IMG/VR virus record: IMGVR_UViG_3300020157_000005
Coordinates: 1,769-65,768 of that record
Direction: 5' to 3' (one strand)
Length of the DNA stretch: 64,000 nucleotides
Source: a virus
Lineage: Duplodnaviria; Caudoviricetes
The notes below the pieces were generated by a model. It saw only the letters and a list, made by a program, of their open reading frames with translations. It had not been told where the DNA came from and made no database searches. Made by a program: the position numbers and the translations under genes. Shown here one piece after another: positions 40,341-48,911 of this stretch. How positions within the stretch are numbered: position 1 is the stretch's first letter; each line of letters opens with the position of its first letter.

Positions 40341-40347
40341 CCTGCAC

Positions 40348-40375
40348 AGGGGGACAGAACATCGTCCCCCTTTTT
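40348..40375 (+). terminator. Rho-independent terminator
   Basis: GGGGGAC-loop-GTCCCCC-TTTTT. Confidence 0.85.
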
Positions 40376-40409
40376 CCATCTCTTCTCAGCCATTAGAGTA
40401 GCATCTTAT

Positions 40410-40485
40410 ATACAGTCAGTTGTAGTTCTAGTCCAGATGTGAGCAATCACTAAACAGGTGAAGTCCGAACTACAGTTGGCTGTAT
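40410..40485 (+). ncRNA. Structured RNA candidate A
   Basis: 18-bp outer stem (40411-40428/40467-40484) with 3 G-U pairs, enclosing a GUGA-GCAA-UCAC GNRA hairpin. Confidence 0.55.
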
Positions 40486-40548
40486 TCTTTAATGCATCAT
40501 AACCTGTTATCCGTTAACAACTATTCATCACATCATAATATCAATCAT

Positions 40549-40818
40549 ATGCAGCAGTTCATGTCATGCTCCTGGGATGGAATGTCCCTTATAGCAGAGT
40601 TAAAGGAAGGAGAGTATAAGTGCATCAGCAAGTACTCATCAGGCAACCTGACCCAGATCACTAACAATGGTCAACCTCTTCAATGTCTTCGTAGGGTAGC
40701 CTACCATGACACCATCGAGGAGGCTCAGAACCCAGGTAAGAGGGATCGTATGATAAGAAATGGTCAGATGGAGGACCGTTCCATAATATCAGGCAGACCT
40801 ATGATATATGACTATTGA
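40549..40818 (+). CDS. Hypothetical early protein
   Basis: Plus-strand ORF with protein-like composition. Confidence 0.5.
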   Translation: MQQFMSCSWDGMSLIAELKEGEYKCISKYSSGNLTQITNNGQPLQCLRRVAYHDTIEEAQNPGKRDRMIRNGQMEDRSIISGRPMIYDY

Positions 40819-41330
40819 CCATCATCTACAGTACATTAATAACCAGTGGGTTACAGTTGTAGCTCATTGGTTATCTATTACTGTTCATGTGCAGTTATAC
40901 ATAGTGGTTATTCACCTATCTTCAATGGATAAGGTTTTTCTCCTAGGGTGGAGACAACTTTTTACGTCTGAGAGTATTTTATGCTACCATCTATTAACAA
41001 TAGTTGGTATGTATAACTGATTTTGAGTGGTGTATTGAGGGTTAAGGGTAGAATACTATGTCAGTATCGCTGGATATTCCAACATTATTGACCACATATA
41101 CCAACATATCTGGAAAACCTCGGCCCATCAATATAAGGTCATTGCTGGTTACTGCGTATGTATAGGGTTATAGTAGTAGTGGTATTGGGAGTAGTGTAGG
41201 TGTGAGGAGTTAATGGTTAGTTGTTACTGTCTACAATGGATTATGTGCTGGTTCGATTCCAGTAGTAGGGTATAGTATTGTTGTTTAATTCATTTATATA
41301 GTGTGGGCCTACTACAGTGGCTGTTATGTT

Positions 41331-41510
41331 ATGTCATTTAACGAACTTGGTAAAGAAAAAGGAATAGATGAAAGAAAGTTTGAAATACTTACAGACTTAT
41401 TAGCATCTTTACCTGATGGTTTATTCACAAGCTGTGATGAGCTTGCAGATTATCTTAGGTTTGCTGCAGATGGTATAGAATCTAAAGATAGATATGCAAT
41501 GTCAGCTTAA
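41331..41510 (+). CDS. Small acidic hypothetical protein (start MSFNEL)
   Basis: Preceded by the repeated leader shared with the gene at 43007. Confidence 0.5.
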   Translation: MSFNELGKEKGIDERKFEILTDLLASLPDGLFTSCDELADYLRFAADGIESKDRYAMSA

Positions 41511-41647
41511 TAACATAGTGGTAGGCTTTCGGGCAACCTTAATAGACAGTATCTCTAGCTTGTTATTTTATTTCCAGTTGGTAGACCTGTAAAACTGGTA
41601 TTTTTTATCTCTTTCTAAAGTAAGGCTACTGTACAGCCATTTCATAT

Positions 41648-41851
41648 ATGCAAAAGTATTTACTAATTGATGATAACGGTCAAGGTGTTTGTGTTCTTGA
41701 TGAAGTAATTGCTTCTTCTGAAGAATCTGCAATAGCTCACTTTGATAATAATGGTTGGATGGTAGGTGAAGTAATGACTGAAGTTGACTTTATAACTACC
41801 GGTAAGAATGAAGCTGATCTTAATGGTCTTGAAAGTCAAACTTTTGAGTAA
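41648..41851 (+). CDS. Small acidic hypothetical protein
   Basis: Plus-strand ORF. Confidence 0.55.
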   Translation: MQKYLLIDDNGQGVCVLDEVIASSEESAIAHFDNNGWMVGEVMTEVDFITTGKNEADLNGLESQTFE

Positions 41852-41940
41852 ATTATTATATCTATAGTAGAGAATAGTAATCAGCTCGCTACTGACTATA
41901 GGTGCTATGTATGGTTAGCTCTAATGCGCCAACAGTTATT

Positions 41941-42273
41941 ATGACAAATTCACAGAAGATTGTTGAGATACAGCAGGAAATAGCTGTTATCAAGAGTAAG
42001 ATGCATGAGTATTATCCTGGTGGTTTATCTTCAGAAGACCATGAAGATGTATCTGATCGGTATCAGGAGATGCTGGAATACAATGAGTATTGTGATGAGC
42101 AGAGGGAGATTATCTCGGCTCTACAGGAAGATATAGTGGCTCTACAGTCATTACATCCTTCACATACTTATAATGATCCGGCTATAGAGGAGATAGAGTG
42201 GCCTGTTGTTGATGGTCTCAGGTATGTCTCTGAAGAAGTTGGCTATGTAGACCAGGATGAAGAGTATAGGTAG
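41941..42273 (+). CDS. Acidic coiled-coil hypothetical protein (start MTNSQK)
   Basis: D/E-rich ORF. Confidence 0.55.
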   Translation: MTNSQKIVEIQQEIAVIKSKMHEYYPGGLSSEDHEDVSDRYQEMLEYNEYCDEQREIISALQEDIVALQSLHPSHTYNDPAIEEIEWPVVDGLRYVSEEVGYVDQDEEYR

Positions 42274-42276
42274 AAG

Positions 42277-42399
42277 GTAGTAGTATAGGTAGGTGATGTG
42301 GGTGGGGAAGAACTCGGAGGTCAATAATCAAATCTGTGACGATCAGGTGCTCCCTGTGACTGTTGATCCATTACCACATCATCTACCTGTAGTTACTAC
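42277..42399 (+). ncRNA. Structured RNA candidate B
   Basis: About 25-bp outer stem (42277-42301/42374-42399) with G-U pairs and one bulge; inner stem GGUCAAUAAUCA/UGACUGUUGAUC. Confidence 0.55.
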
Positions 42400-42469
42400 T
42401 CTCTCTCTTCAGGGTAGTTTATAAGTGTTTAAGTTCACAAAGTTTTAAAAGCCAGTTATCTGGAGATGT

Positions 42470-42712
42470 ATGAAAAAGTTAGTAGTTCTGTTGATGATAG
42501 TATACTTACTGCCAGGTTGTTGTAGATATGACTGTGAGGTAGTTAGATGCGTTGTGCAGAAAAAGTATATAGACTCAGGCCCAAAGAGATCTGATGAGTA
42601 TATAATAGTATGTGATACTTCCAAACAGATAAGTATTACATATCAACTATATAACTATCTGAGAGTAGGAGATACAGTATATAGAGATAGTAACTGTCAT
42701 CTAACTCATTAA
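42470..42712 (+). CDS. Small lipoprotein
   Basis: MKK + hydrophobic stretch + LPG^C lipobox; YNYLRVGDTV OB-like tail. Confidence 0.65.
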   Translation: MKKLVVLLMIVYLLPGCCRYDCEVVRCVVQKKYIDSGPKRSDEYIIVCDTSKQISITYQLYNYLRVGDTVYRDSNCHLTH

Positions 42713-42743
42713 GTTCACTTAGGTTACCTTTCAGCCTTGTCTC

Positions 42744-42897
42744 TACAGGAAGTAAGTTTGGTCTACAGCAGGGTAATTCCTCGTCTGTAGATATATGTTA
42801 ATCCTCGATAATGGATGTGTACTTCAGGTATGCTCCATCAGTGAGTTGATAGAGGCTGTCACAGAGTATCGTGATAACCAGTAGCAGCTCTTCTGTA
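42744..42897 (+). ncRNA. Structured RNA candidate C (multi-hairpin)
   Basis: Hairpins at 42762-42791, 42811-42838 and 42851-42891 in an ORF-free gap. Confidence 0.4.
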
Positions 42898-43006
42898 AAT
42901 CGTTAGTACCTTACACCTCTATACAACAGTTGGTTGTGTATGTGTTTTATCTGCAGATTTATTCATTCATATAAGGTGTGTGCCTACCATAAGTGGCTGT
43001 TATAGT

Positions 43007-43462
43007 ATGCAAATATTCAGTAATACAACATACAAGGTTCAACTGCCAGGTACACAGATGGGTAAATATACTCTCGATGACAAGTATCTGGCACTGGATA
43101 ATGAGGAGGGACCATTGATGGTAGTGTTAGCCAGTCATTTCGGTGTTGGTGAGTCTATATCACCTGATGAGCTAGTGATGATACATGATCATAGTGATGA
43201 TCCTATATCTGGGCCATGGAAACTCTACAGTAGTAAACAACTGGATAGCAACGAGTTAGTGGATATACTACAGGAATGTATTGGTATGACCATAGAATGC
43301 AGCCGTAGAGTAGGTATACTGGGCATTACAGTAGCATATGAGCCGCATGAACTAGACAAGGTATATGTGATGGACATGAGCACAGGATATGACCGGTGGG
43401 AGACATATGCTGATGTAGAGAAAGAACCAGGTACATGGGCTATAGAACAAGTAATCAGGTAG
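43007..43462 (+). CDS. Acidic hypothetical protein (start MQIFSN)
   Basis: Plus-strand ORF after the repeated leader. Confidence 0.6.
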   Translation: MQIFSNTTYKVQLPGTQMGKYTLDDKYLALDNEEGPLMVVLASHFGVGESISPDELVMIHDHSDDPISGPWKLYSSKQLDSNELVDILQECIGMTIECSRRVGILGITVAYEPHELDKVYVMDMSTGYDRWETYADVEKEPGTWAIEQVIR

Positions 43463-43475
43463 TAGAGTTAGTTAT

Positions 43476-43607
43476 CTGTAGTACCTGTAGTGTCAGCAGT
43501 GGTGAGTATGGAGAATTGTACCGCTATAGTAGTACTCCATATGTGTGGCCGGTAAGGATGCTATAGTCCTTGCCACACATCTGCTGTTGATACTACAGGT
43601 ACTGTAG
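43476..43607 (+). ncRNA. Structured RNA candidate D (three-way junction)
   Basis: Continuous 27-bp outer stem (43476-43502/43581-43607, 6 G-U pairs); arms UAUGGAG/CUCCAUA and UGUGUGGC/GCCACACA. Confidence 0.65.
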
Positions 43608-43655
43608 TGTAATGTTGTTAGTAATCATTAAGTTCACATTGTAAATCAAACAGTT

Positions 43656-43922
43656 ATGATAGATAATAGCTATTTCAACAGAAGTGAAAAGTATGAAACA
43701 GTCTGCATGTTAGAAAATGGGGAAAAGCGTCTATATGATGCGTGTGTAGGTGAAGTATGGTGGAAAGAAAAGCATCCTACAGAAGATATAAAGACTGCAT
43801 ATACAGCAGAACTGTTCGAATATCTGGGGCGTGGTGTGTTATACAGTGCCAATGGTATAGTACAATCAAATATAACCATGGATAACCCAAGGAATATAGA
43901 CCACTTCTGGGTAAGGAAATAG
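43656..43922 (+). CDS. Hypothetical protein
   Basis: AAGTTCAC motif 26 nt upstream. Confidence 0.6.
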   Translation: MIDNSYFNRSEKYETVCMLENGEKRLYDACVGEVWWKEKHPTEDIKTAYTAELFEYLGRGVLYSANGIVQSNITMDNPRNIDHFWVRK

Positions 43923-44002
43923 GACAGTCAGCAGTATCTAAGTAGCTCGACAGCATTAAAATGCTCTGTTGGGCAACTCTATAGGGTTTACGTTGATCCT
44001 GA

Positions 44003-44188
44003 AGTAAGTGTGTAATGTAGATAGGTGGTGTGGAACAGGTCATTATGAAGTACCTGGAGTCAAACCGGAGCAGAAGTCCTCTCAGTGTGAAATGATATAT
44101 CACTGACAAGGTAAGGTTGTGGGTAATATTGCAATAACGTAATATCCATGGTTCCATTCACATCATCTATCTGCAGTATACACATACT
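44003..44188 (+). ncRNA. Structured RNA candidate E (multibranch)
   Basis: 17-bp stem 44016-44032/44159-44175 extended by GUGUGUA/UAUACAC; inner arms CAGGU/ACCUG, UCAGUG/CACUGA, AUAUUGC/GUAAUAU. Confidence 0.55.
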
Positions 44189-44342
44189 ACTGATGATACA
44201 CATACTGTAGATACATTGTGTGCCCTCTCTATACCCTTTACTGTAGATAGTATGGTTACTGCAGGTTAGTATACTGGCTGTAGATAGGTAGCTAATAAGG
44301 TAAGAAGGAAAACGCTGTAACTCATTGATAATCAATGTGCAT

Positions 44343-44420
44343 TGTTACTGTATCTGTAACAGAGTGTTACTGTTATAGAAACAAATATACGTGCAGATAC
44401 TTGTTACTGTTATGGAAACA
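44343..44420. repeat. Three 19-bp imperfect palindromic boxes upstream of the RepL-like gene
   Basis: TGTTACTGTATCTGTAACA (44343), TGTTACTGTTATAGAAACA (44365), TGTTACTGTTATGGAAACA (44402). Confidence 0.8.
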
Positions 44421-44453
44421 ATGTACCTTCGTGTGGTAACAAATGCTACAGAT

Positions 44454-44987
44454 ATGGAAACAAATACAACCAAATCAGGACCAAAGATATCAGAATATGA
44501 TGCAAGTAGTGAGTCACCATATACTGTACAACTACAGAGTAAGTATGTACAGCCAAATAGTGAACACAGTGCAGTAGAGATAGATGGTGTTCTACATGGT
44601 ATATATCCAATAGGAAAGGGTAAGACAATACTCTCGGACAATGCTATATACAGCAAACTGTTCCGGGGTAATACAGAGGTATTGATGGGGCTCTCAGAAC
44701 CTGCAGCCAAGATGTTCTACTACATATCGGAGTTCATAGGAGCCAACAAAGATGAGGTGTGCATACTACAAGAAGATTACTTACAATTCGCAGGATACAA
44801 GGCCAAGAGTAGGCTCACATACTATCGAGGTGTAGAGGGACTACTAAAGGCCAATATCATAGCCAGGAAAACAGGTAGTCAGTCATGCTACTGGATCAAT
44901 CCCAATGTACTATACAATGGAGATAGAACCAAGTTGAAGAATACAGTAGTACAGCCACCAAAAGATAAACCATTCAATGGATTCTGA
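44454..44987 (+). CDS. RepL-like winged-helix replication protein (start METNTT)
   Basis: LSEPAAKMFYYI...TYYRGVEGLLKANIIA...YWINPNVLYNGDR; TACCTTCG element at 44424-44431. Confidence 0.75.
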   Translation: METNTTKSGPKISEYDASSESPYTVQLQSKYVQPNSEHSAVEIDGVLHGIYPIGKGKTILSDNAIYSKLFRGNTEVLMGLSEPAAKMFYYISEFIGANKDEVCILQEDYLQFAGYKAKSRLTYYRGVEGLLKANIIARKTGSQSCYWINPNVLYNGDRTKLKNTVVQPPKDKPFNGF

Positions 44988-45007
44988 AACACTCAAACAA
45001 CATAGAT

Positions 45008-45622
45008 ATGATAGTAAGTAAAATAGAGTTCCCGCAGTTCACAGGTATCAAGTGTACAATGATGCCATTCATACAAGGAGACAGCAAATCTCTACCAGAT
45101 ATATACCAGCCATATGCTGATATCATAGATAATATGTATCTCGAGAATGGTGATATAGGCTATCTGACTATAGATGAATCATATGTACTGGCTAATAGCT
45201 CACAAAGAGGTTACAATAGTATAGGTATAGACCGTAATGTACATATAGAAGTAGGTATACATCAGGATATATATGCATGGGGAGGGGGAGGTACCAGTAC
45301 AGGTTGGGGTAGAAGTAGGAAAACTCTACTGAATAAGAACACCAAAGTATTGATAGCCAATAGTATATCCAATACATGTAGGTTATGGGATAAGCTACAC
45401 ATGAAGCCGACCAATGATGGCGATCTATCTGAGTATATAACAGAATACCCAATACATGAAGGATTACTGATGAAAGCTGGAGAGGTAGCTAATATTAGTA
45501 TATTCACACCACATGAATGTGTTAATCAACTAATATCAGGTAATAGACAATTCATCAGAATAGTGGGAAACGGTGTAACAGGCAGAGAAGAGTACTTCAC
45601 AGTCAATCCATTACTACAATAG
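45008..45622 (+). CDS. 2OG-Fe(II) dioxygenase-like (DSBH) protein
   Basis: YLTIDES...QRG...VHIE, FTPHEC, RQFIRI fit the HxD/E...H...R pattern. Confidence 0.65.
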   Translation: MIVSKIEFPQFTGIKCTMMPFIQGDSKSLPDIYQPYADIIDNMYLENGDIGYLTIDESYVLANSSQRGYNSIGIDRNVHIEVGIHQDIYAWGGGGTSTGWGRSRKTLLNKNTKVLIANSISNTCRLWDKLHMKPTNDGDLSEYITEYPIHEGLLMKAGEVANISIFTPHECVNQLISGNRQFIRIVGNGVTGREEYFTVNPLLQ

Positions 45623-45787
45623 ACAAAGTGTTCAATGGATTCGGCAAAGAGTAGTGTAGTAGTTAGTTGTTATTAGTTATTGTTCACACAGTCAAGGTGA
45701 AGCACTATAACACGATCCATCTACAGATGTATTGCTAAAGGTTAGGGTAAATGTAAACCAATTGTTAACAACATCAATCAAAATAAT

Positions 45788-46120
45788 ATGAAGAATAGCA
45801 TAAATGCAGAAGAGCGATTGAAGGTGTATGAAAAGGCACTGAAGATATACGAAAACAGATCATGGCCACAAGGATGGTTAGAAGACGTATATAAAGTCGG
45901 CACATACAGTCCGGGGTTATGTCAGTCATTACGGTGTGTATATACAGGACATGAATGTCTATCAGATGCACACACATTCCCTGATGAAACAAGATGGGAG
46001 TTCGAGAGTACACCAAGCTACTTCCCAGAGTTCCGAAAACACTTCCCGATGTATAAGAGCCTGGAACATGAAGAAAGGATAGAAGTACTGAAGAAGTGTA
46101 TAGCTGACCTAAAAGCATAA
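45788..46120 (+). CDS. Hypothetical protein
   Basis: GLC...FPE...ERIEVLKKCI pattern; in-strand. Confidence 0.6.
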   Translation: MKNSINAEERLKVYEKALKIYENRSWPQGWLEDVYKVGTYSPGLCQSLRCVYTGHECLSDAHTFPDETRWEFESTPSYFPEFRKHFPMYKSLEHEERIEVLKKCIADLKA

Positions 46121-46359
46121 CATTATGGAAAACACTGAACCGGTAAAGAAACTGGAAAAGAAGGACAGGATAGTGAAGGTAATACAAGATGCCAGACAGT
46201 TACTGGATATAGAGTTCAATGACCGGTTGTACCAGGTCAACAGTAACCGGTACCACGATCATCCAGGTATGTATAAGACAATGGATAAGGAATAACCAAC
46301 AGATACAAAGAAGTAAGTACATTGCAAATAAAGTTCACATAATCAAAATCAACCAGAGT

Positions 46360-46560
46360 ATGGAAAACATATCAAAGCAAGTAAGCTACCAGTACAAAGA
46401 CAGAGAAGGCCACATGTTCAACACAAAGGCTGATAAGGAGGCATATCAGGAACTGCAGATGGAACAAAAGCAACTACAGCAGGAAGAGCAGTATAGGGAC
46501 AATATGGATAAAACACCATCATGGCTGTTCCCTAGTGAAAATGGTGGGTGGGAATGCTAA
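46360..46560 (+). CDS. Hypothetical protein (start MENISK)
   Basis: AAGTTCAC 29 nt upstream supports this start. Confidence 0.55.
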   Translation: MENISKQVSYQYKDREGHMFNTKADKEAYQELQMEQKQLQQEEQYRDNMDKTPSWLFPSENGGWEC

Positions 46561-46680
46561 AAGACAATCAGATAAGCAGGAACAGTGGTAGTAAACAGCT
46601 ATGTGACCAAGTGCACCTCGAAATGTCAATGTTCTGGTATCCAATCCAGACTGTTCCTGCACATCTACAAACAAATACTA

Positions 46681-47019
46681 ATGAACATCAGCAAGAAACA
46701 GCCCATACAACAGAAGGCAGCTACCGGTAGATCATATAAGTCTCCGGTAGTTGTCGATTGGACTACATATGAGCTCGATGTATCAGCAACTATCCCGTAT
46801 GGTAAGAATATCGGTAAGACACTGGGATGGCTCATACAACATGATACCAGCTACTATGAGTGGTTAGAGAAGGAACAGTTGTTCGGTTCCTGGGGCCTGG
46901 TTAAACAGAAGCAACAACAAGTAAAGACACTACATACAGAAGTAGGTGATAGATGGATAGAGTTGGTTGAATACAACATACCAACAGCATCGGCTCCTAG
47001 TTCTTGGTTATATGAATGA
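46681..47019 (+). CDS. DUF3820/ExoX C-terminal-like small protein
   Basis: IPYGKNIGKTL...DTSYYEWL resembles the PFGKxKG...YxxWL motif. Confidence 0.55.
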   Translation: MNISKKQPIQQKAATGRSYKSPVVVDWTTYELDVSATIPYGKNIGKTLGWLIQHDTSYYEWLEKEQLFGSWGLVKQKQQQVKTLHTEVGDRWIELVEYNIPTASAPSSWLYE

Positions 47020-47046
47020 GTTCACACAAATAACAAATCAACCAAT

Positions 47047-48018
47047 ATGGAAAAGACATACAAGAAGAGGAAAATAGAAGCTCTCCGACAACTCATAGAA
47101 ACAGATAATATCACAGCTGATGAACTATTCCCTGCTGCTGTACCAGTACCAGTAGAACCTACATGGGTAATCGAGTCATTCACCTGTACAGATGGTAATG
47201 CTACGAAATTCAGTAGAGATATAGATGGTGAATATGCATCTACATGGACACAGGAACAGATGTTGGGTAAAAAAGTGGCACATGGTATAGCTAGAACAGT
47301 AGCCGATGGTTCACTACAGATATACAGTATCAAAGCTACTCCGGATGCACCGGTTATATCCATATCAGACTGGGTAATAGCAGAGTGTACACATATGGGC
47401 AATACACCAATACAGGTAGAAAGGTTCATGGTCAATGATAAGAACAACCTGTTGATAAAGACCAAGCAGTTCCGTACACATGGTGTGGGTATAGAAAACT
47501 GTAAGAAAGTGGGTGCTCCTACAGAGAAGAAACTGCTGTTCGTAACAGAGGATGATATAAATGTATACAGAAAGCAACATCCAATACTGTACTGGTTAGA
47601 AACGAGTACTGGAGGCACAGGATCTGATGATCCTGATAGTCTGTACAATCCGAATACAATAAACTACAAATACTGGGCATCTACAAAAAAGAGACAACAG
47701 TATATAAGTAGCAGTAAGAAGAAAGCTCCGTTATTCGTGACCGAGGATGGTGTAGAGATATACAATGAACACCAGATAACATGGGCTGTATCAGATGTAT
47801 GGAATACACCGGGAAACAGACAGATAAGTGAACCAGCACCTCATAAATACAGCAGACAATGGGAGCTCAATAAACCACCTGTATGGCATCTGTTCAGTAC
47901 CAAGACAAAAGCTCAGGAGTATATGGATAGTAAGAAGAGCCCAGAAAAACCAGCACCACTAATGCAGGTATTGTTGACACAGAAAGAGATAAACAAGCTC
48001 AAAGAGCTATTAAAGTAA
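47047..48018 (+). CDS. Hypothetical protein with internal LFVTED repeats
   Basis: LLFVTEDDINVY and PLFVTEDGVEIY, each followed by (A/F)ST....Q.Y. Confidence 0.7.
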   Translation: MEKTYKKRKIEALRQLIETDNITADELFPAAVPVPVEPTWVIESFTCTDGNATKFSRDIDGEYASTWTQEQMLGKKVAHGIARTVADGSLQIYSIKATPDAPVISISDWVIAECTHMGNTPIQVERFMVNDKNNLLIKTKQFRTHGVGIENCKKVGAPTEKKLLFVTEDDINVYRKQHPILYWLETSTGGTGSDDPDSLYNPNTINYKYWASTKKRQQYISSSKKKAPLFVTEDGVEIYNEHQITWAVSDVWNTPGNRQISEPAPHKYSRQWELNKPPVWHLFSTKTKAQEYMDSKKSPEKPAPLMQVLLTQKEINKLKELLK

Positions 48019-48047
48019 CACGTATGGTTGATATGTGTGTGAACTGA

Positions 48048-48094
48048 GGAATCATAGGATAGCCGGTGGTAATAAGCCGGTTATCTGTGGTTCT
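48048..48094 (+). other. Long intergenic hairpin
   Basis: About 18-bp stem with G-U pairs and one bulge. Confidence 0.5.
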
Positions 48095-48140
48095 GATGTA
48101 GATACAGGTAGATACCAGGTAAACAAACAAACTACAGACA

Positions 48141-48344
48141 ATGGAACGACCCACCATATCAACAGGTGAACTGCATGTATCAGGTACAGGTAGAAAGACA
48201 AAGAAAGCAGAACAACAGGAGCTGTTAGATACAGCCAATGAACTACTACTGCAGGTAAATGCACAGATGGGTAAGAAAGGAAAGGTATCATGGGATACAT
48301 ACGATAGGATACAACAGTATCTAAACCAACACAAACTGATATGA
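48141..48344 (+). CDS. Hypothetical protein
   Basis: A-rich leader; overlaps the next gene. Confidence 0.55.
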   Translation: MERPTISTGELHVSGTGRKTKKAEQQELLDTANELLLQVNAQMGKKGKVSWDTYDRIQQYLNQHKLI

Positions 48345-48658
48345 TACACATAGCATTGATAGTAACAATAGTAAATACAATACTGATAACAGTGCTTACC
48401 TATAGAGTACTACTACAGAGAAATAATATAGGCAAGTTAGAGAAACGAGTTGAAGAACAGCAGAAAGGGTACGAGGAACTGTATAAGTGGACAGACACAC
48501 TGTTCAATGATGAGGATATGAGACGGATAGCAGATGCTGCGTACATTGCAGGTATGAGAAGAGATGAAACATGGGATGCAGAGAAGTGGATAGCAGAGAC
48601 GTTCAGTGATCCTACACCGGCAGAATATCCACATACAGGAGAGAAGGACAATTACTAG
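48341..48658 (+). CDS. Membrane protein (N-terminal TM + coiled coil)
   Basis: Hydrophobic N-terminus. Confidence 0.6.
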   Translation: MIHIALIVTIVNTILITVLTYRVLLQRNNIGKLEKRVEEQQKGYEELYKWTDTLFNDEDMRRIADAAYIAGMRRDETWDAEKWIAETFSDPTPAEYPHTGEKDNY

Positions 48659-48680
48659 AACCAATAAATACACAACAGAT

Positions 48681-48911
48681 ATGAACACACAAACAGCAAT
48701 AACACTGATAGCAATAGCCATATGTGCTACAGTGACAATCATCTATGCCCTCTACAGGATGTGGGACTGGAAGCATCCGTATGTAGATGAGATAATAGAA
48801 AAAGGGAACTATATAAACGATAGGAGTTCAACGCCTTCAGGTAGCTGGTATGAAGTAAAACGTACATACAAAAATGGAACAATCACCTATAAAAACATCA
48901 AACTGAAATGA
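48681..48911 (+). CDS. Membrane protein (start MNTQTA)
   Basis: N-terminal TM helix. Confidence 0.55.
   Translation: MNTQTAITLIAIAICATVTIIYALYRMWDWKHPYVDEIIEKGNYINDRSSTPSGSWYEVKRTYKNGTITYKNIKLK

Noticed and set aside
40808-41020. Hydrophobic 70-aa ORF
   Set aside because: Lies in T-rich low-complexity DNA with no supporting leader motif; cannot be supported
41200-41272. tRNA-like sequence (GCTGG-TTCGATT-CCAGT T-arm, AGTTAATGGTTAG D-loop-like)
   Set aside because: No complementary acceptor stem or convincing anticodon stem could be built; at most a decayed tRNA or an isolated T-loop. tRNAscan-SE/ARAGORN would settle it
43476-43607. Hammerhead ribozyme call for the three-way junction RNA
   Set aside because: The junction has GUGGUGAG rather than CUGAUGA and lacks GAAA
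44316-44337. Palindrome ATTGATAATCAAT as an att/dif-like site
   Set aside because: Single short AT-rich palindrome and no recombinase in the window
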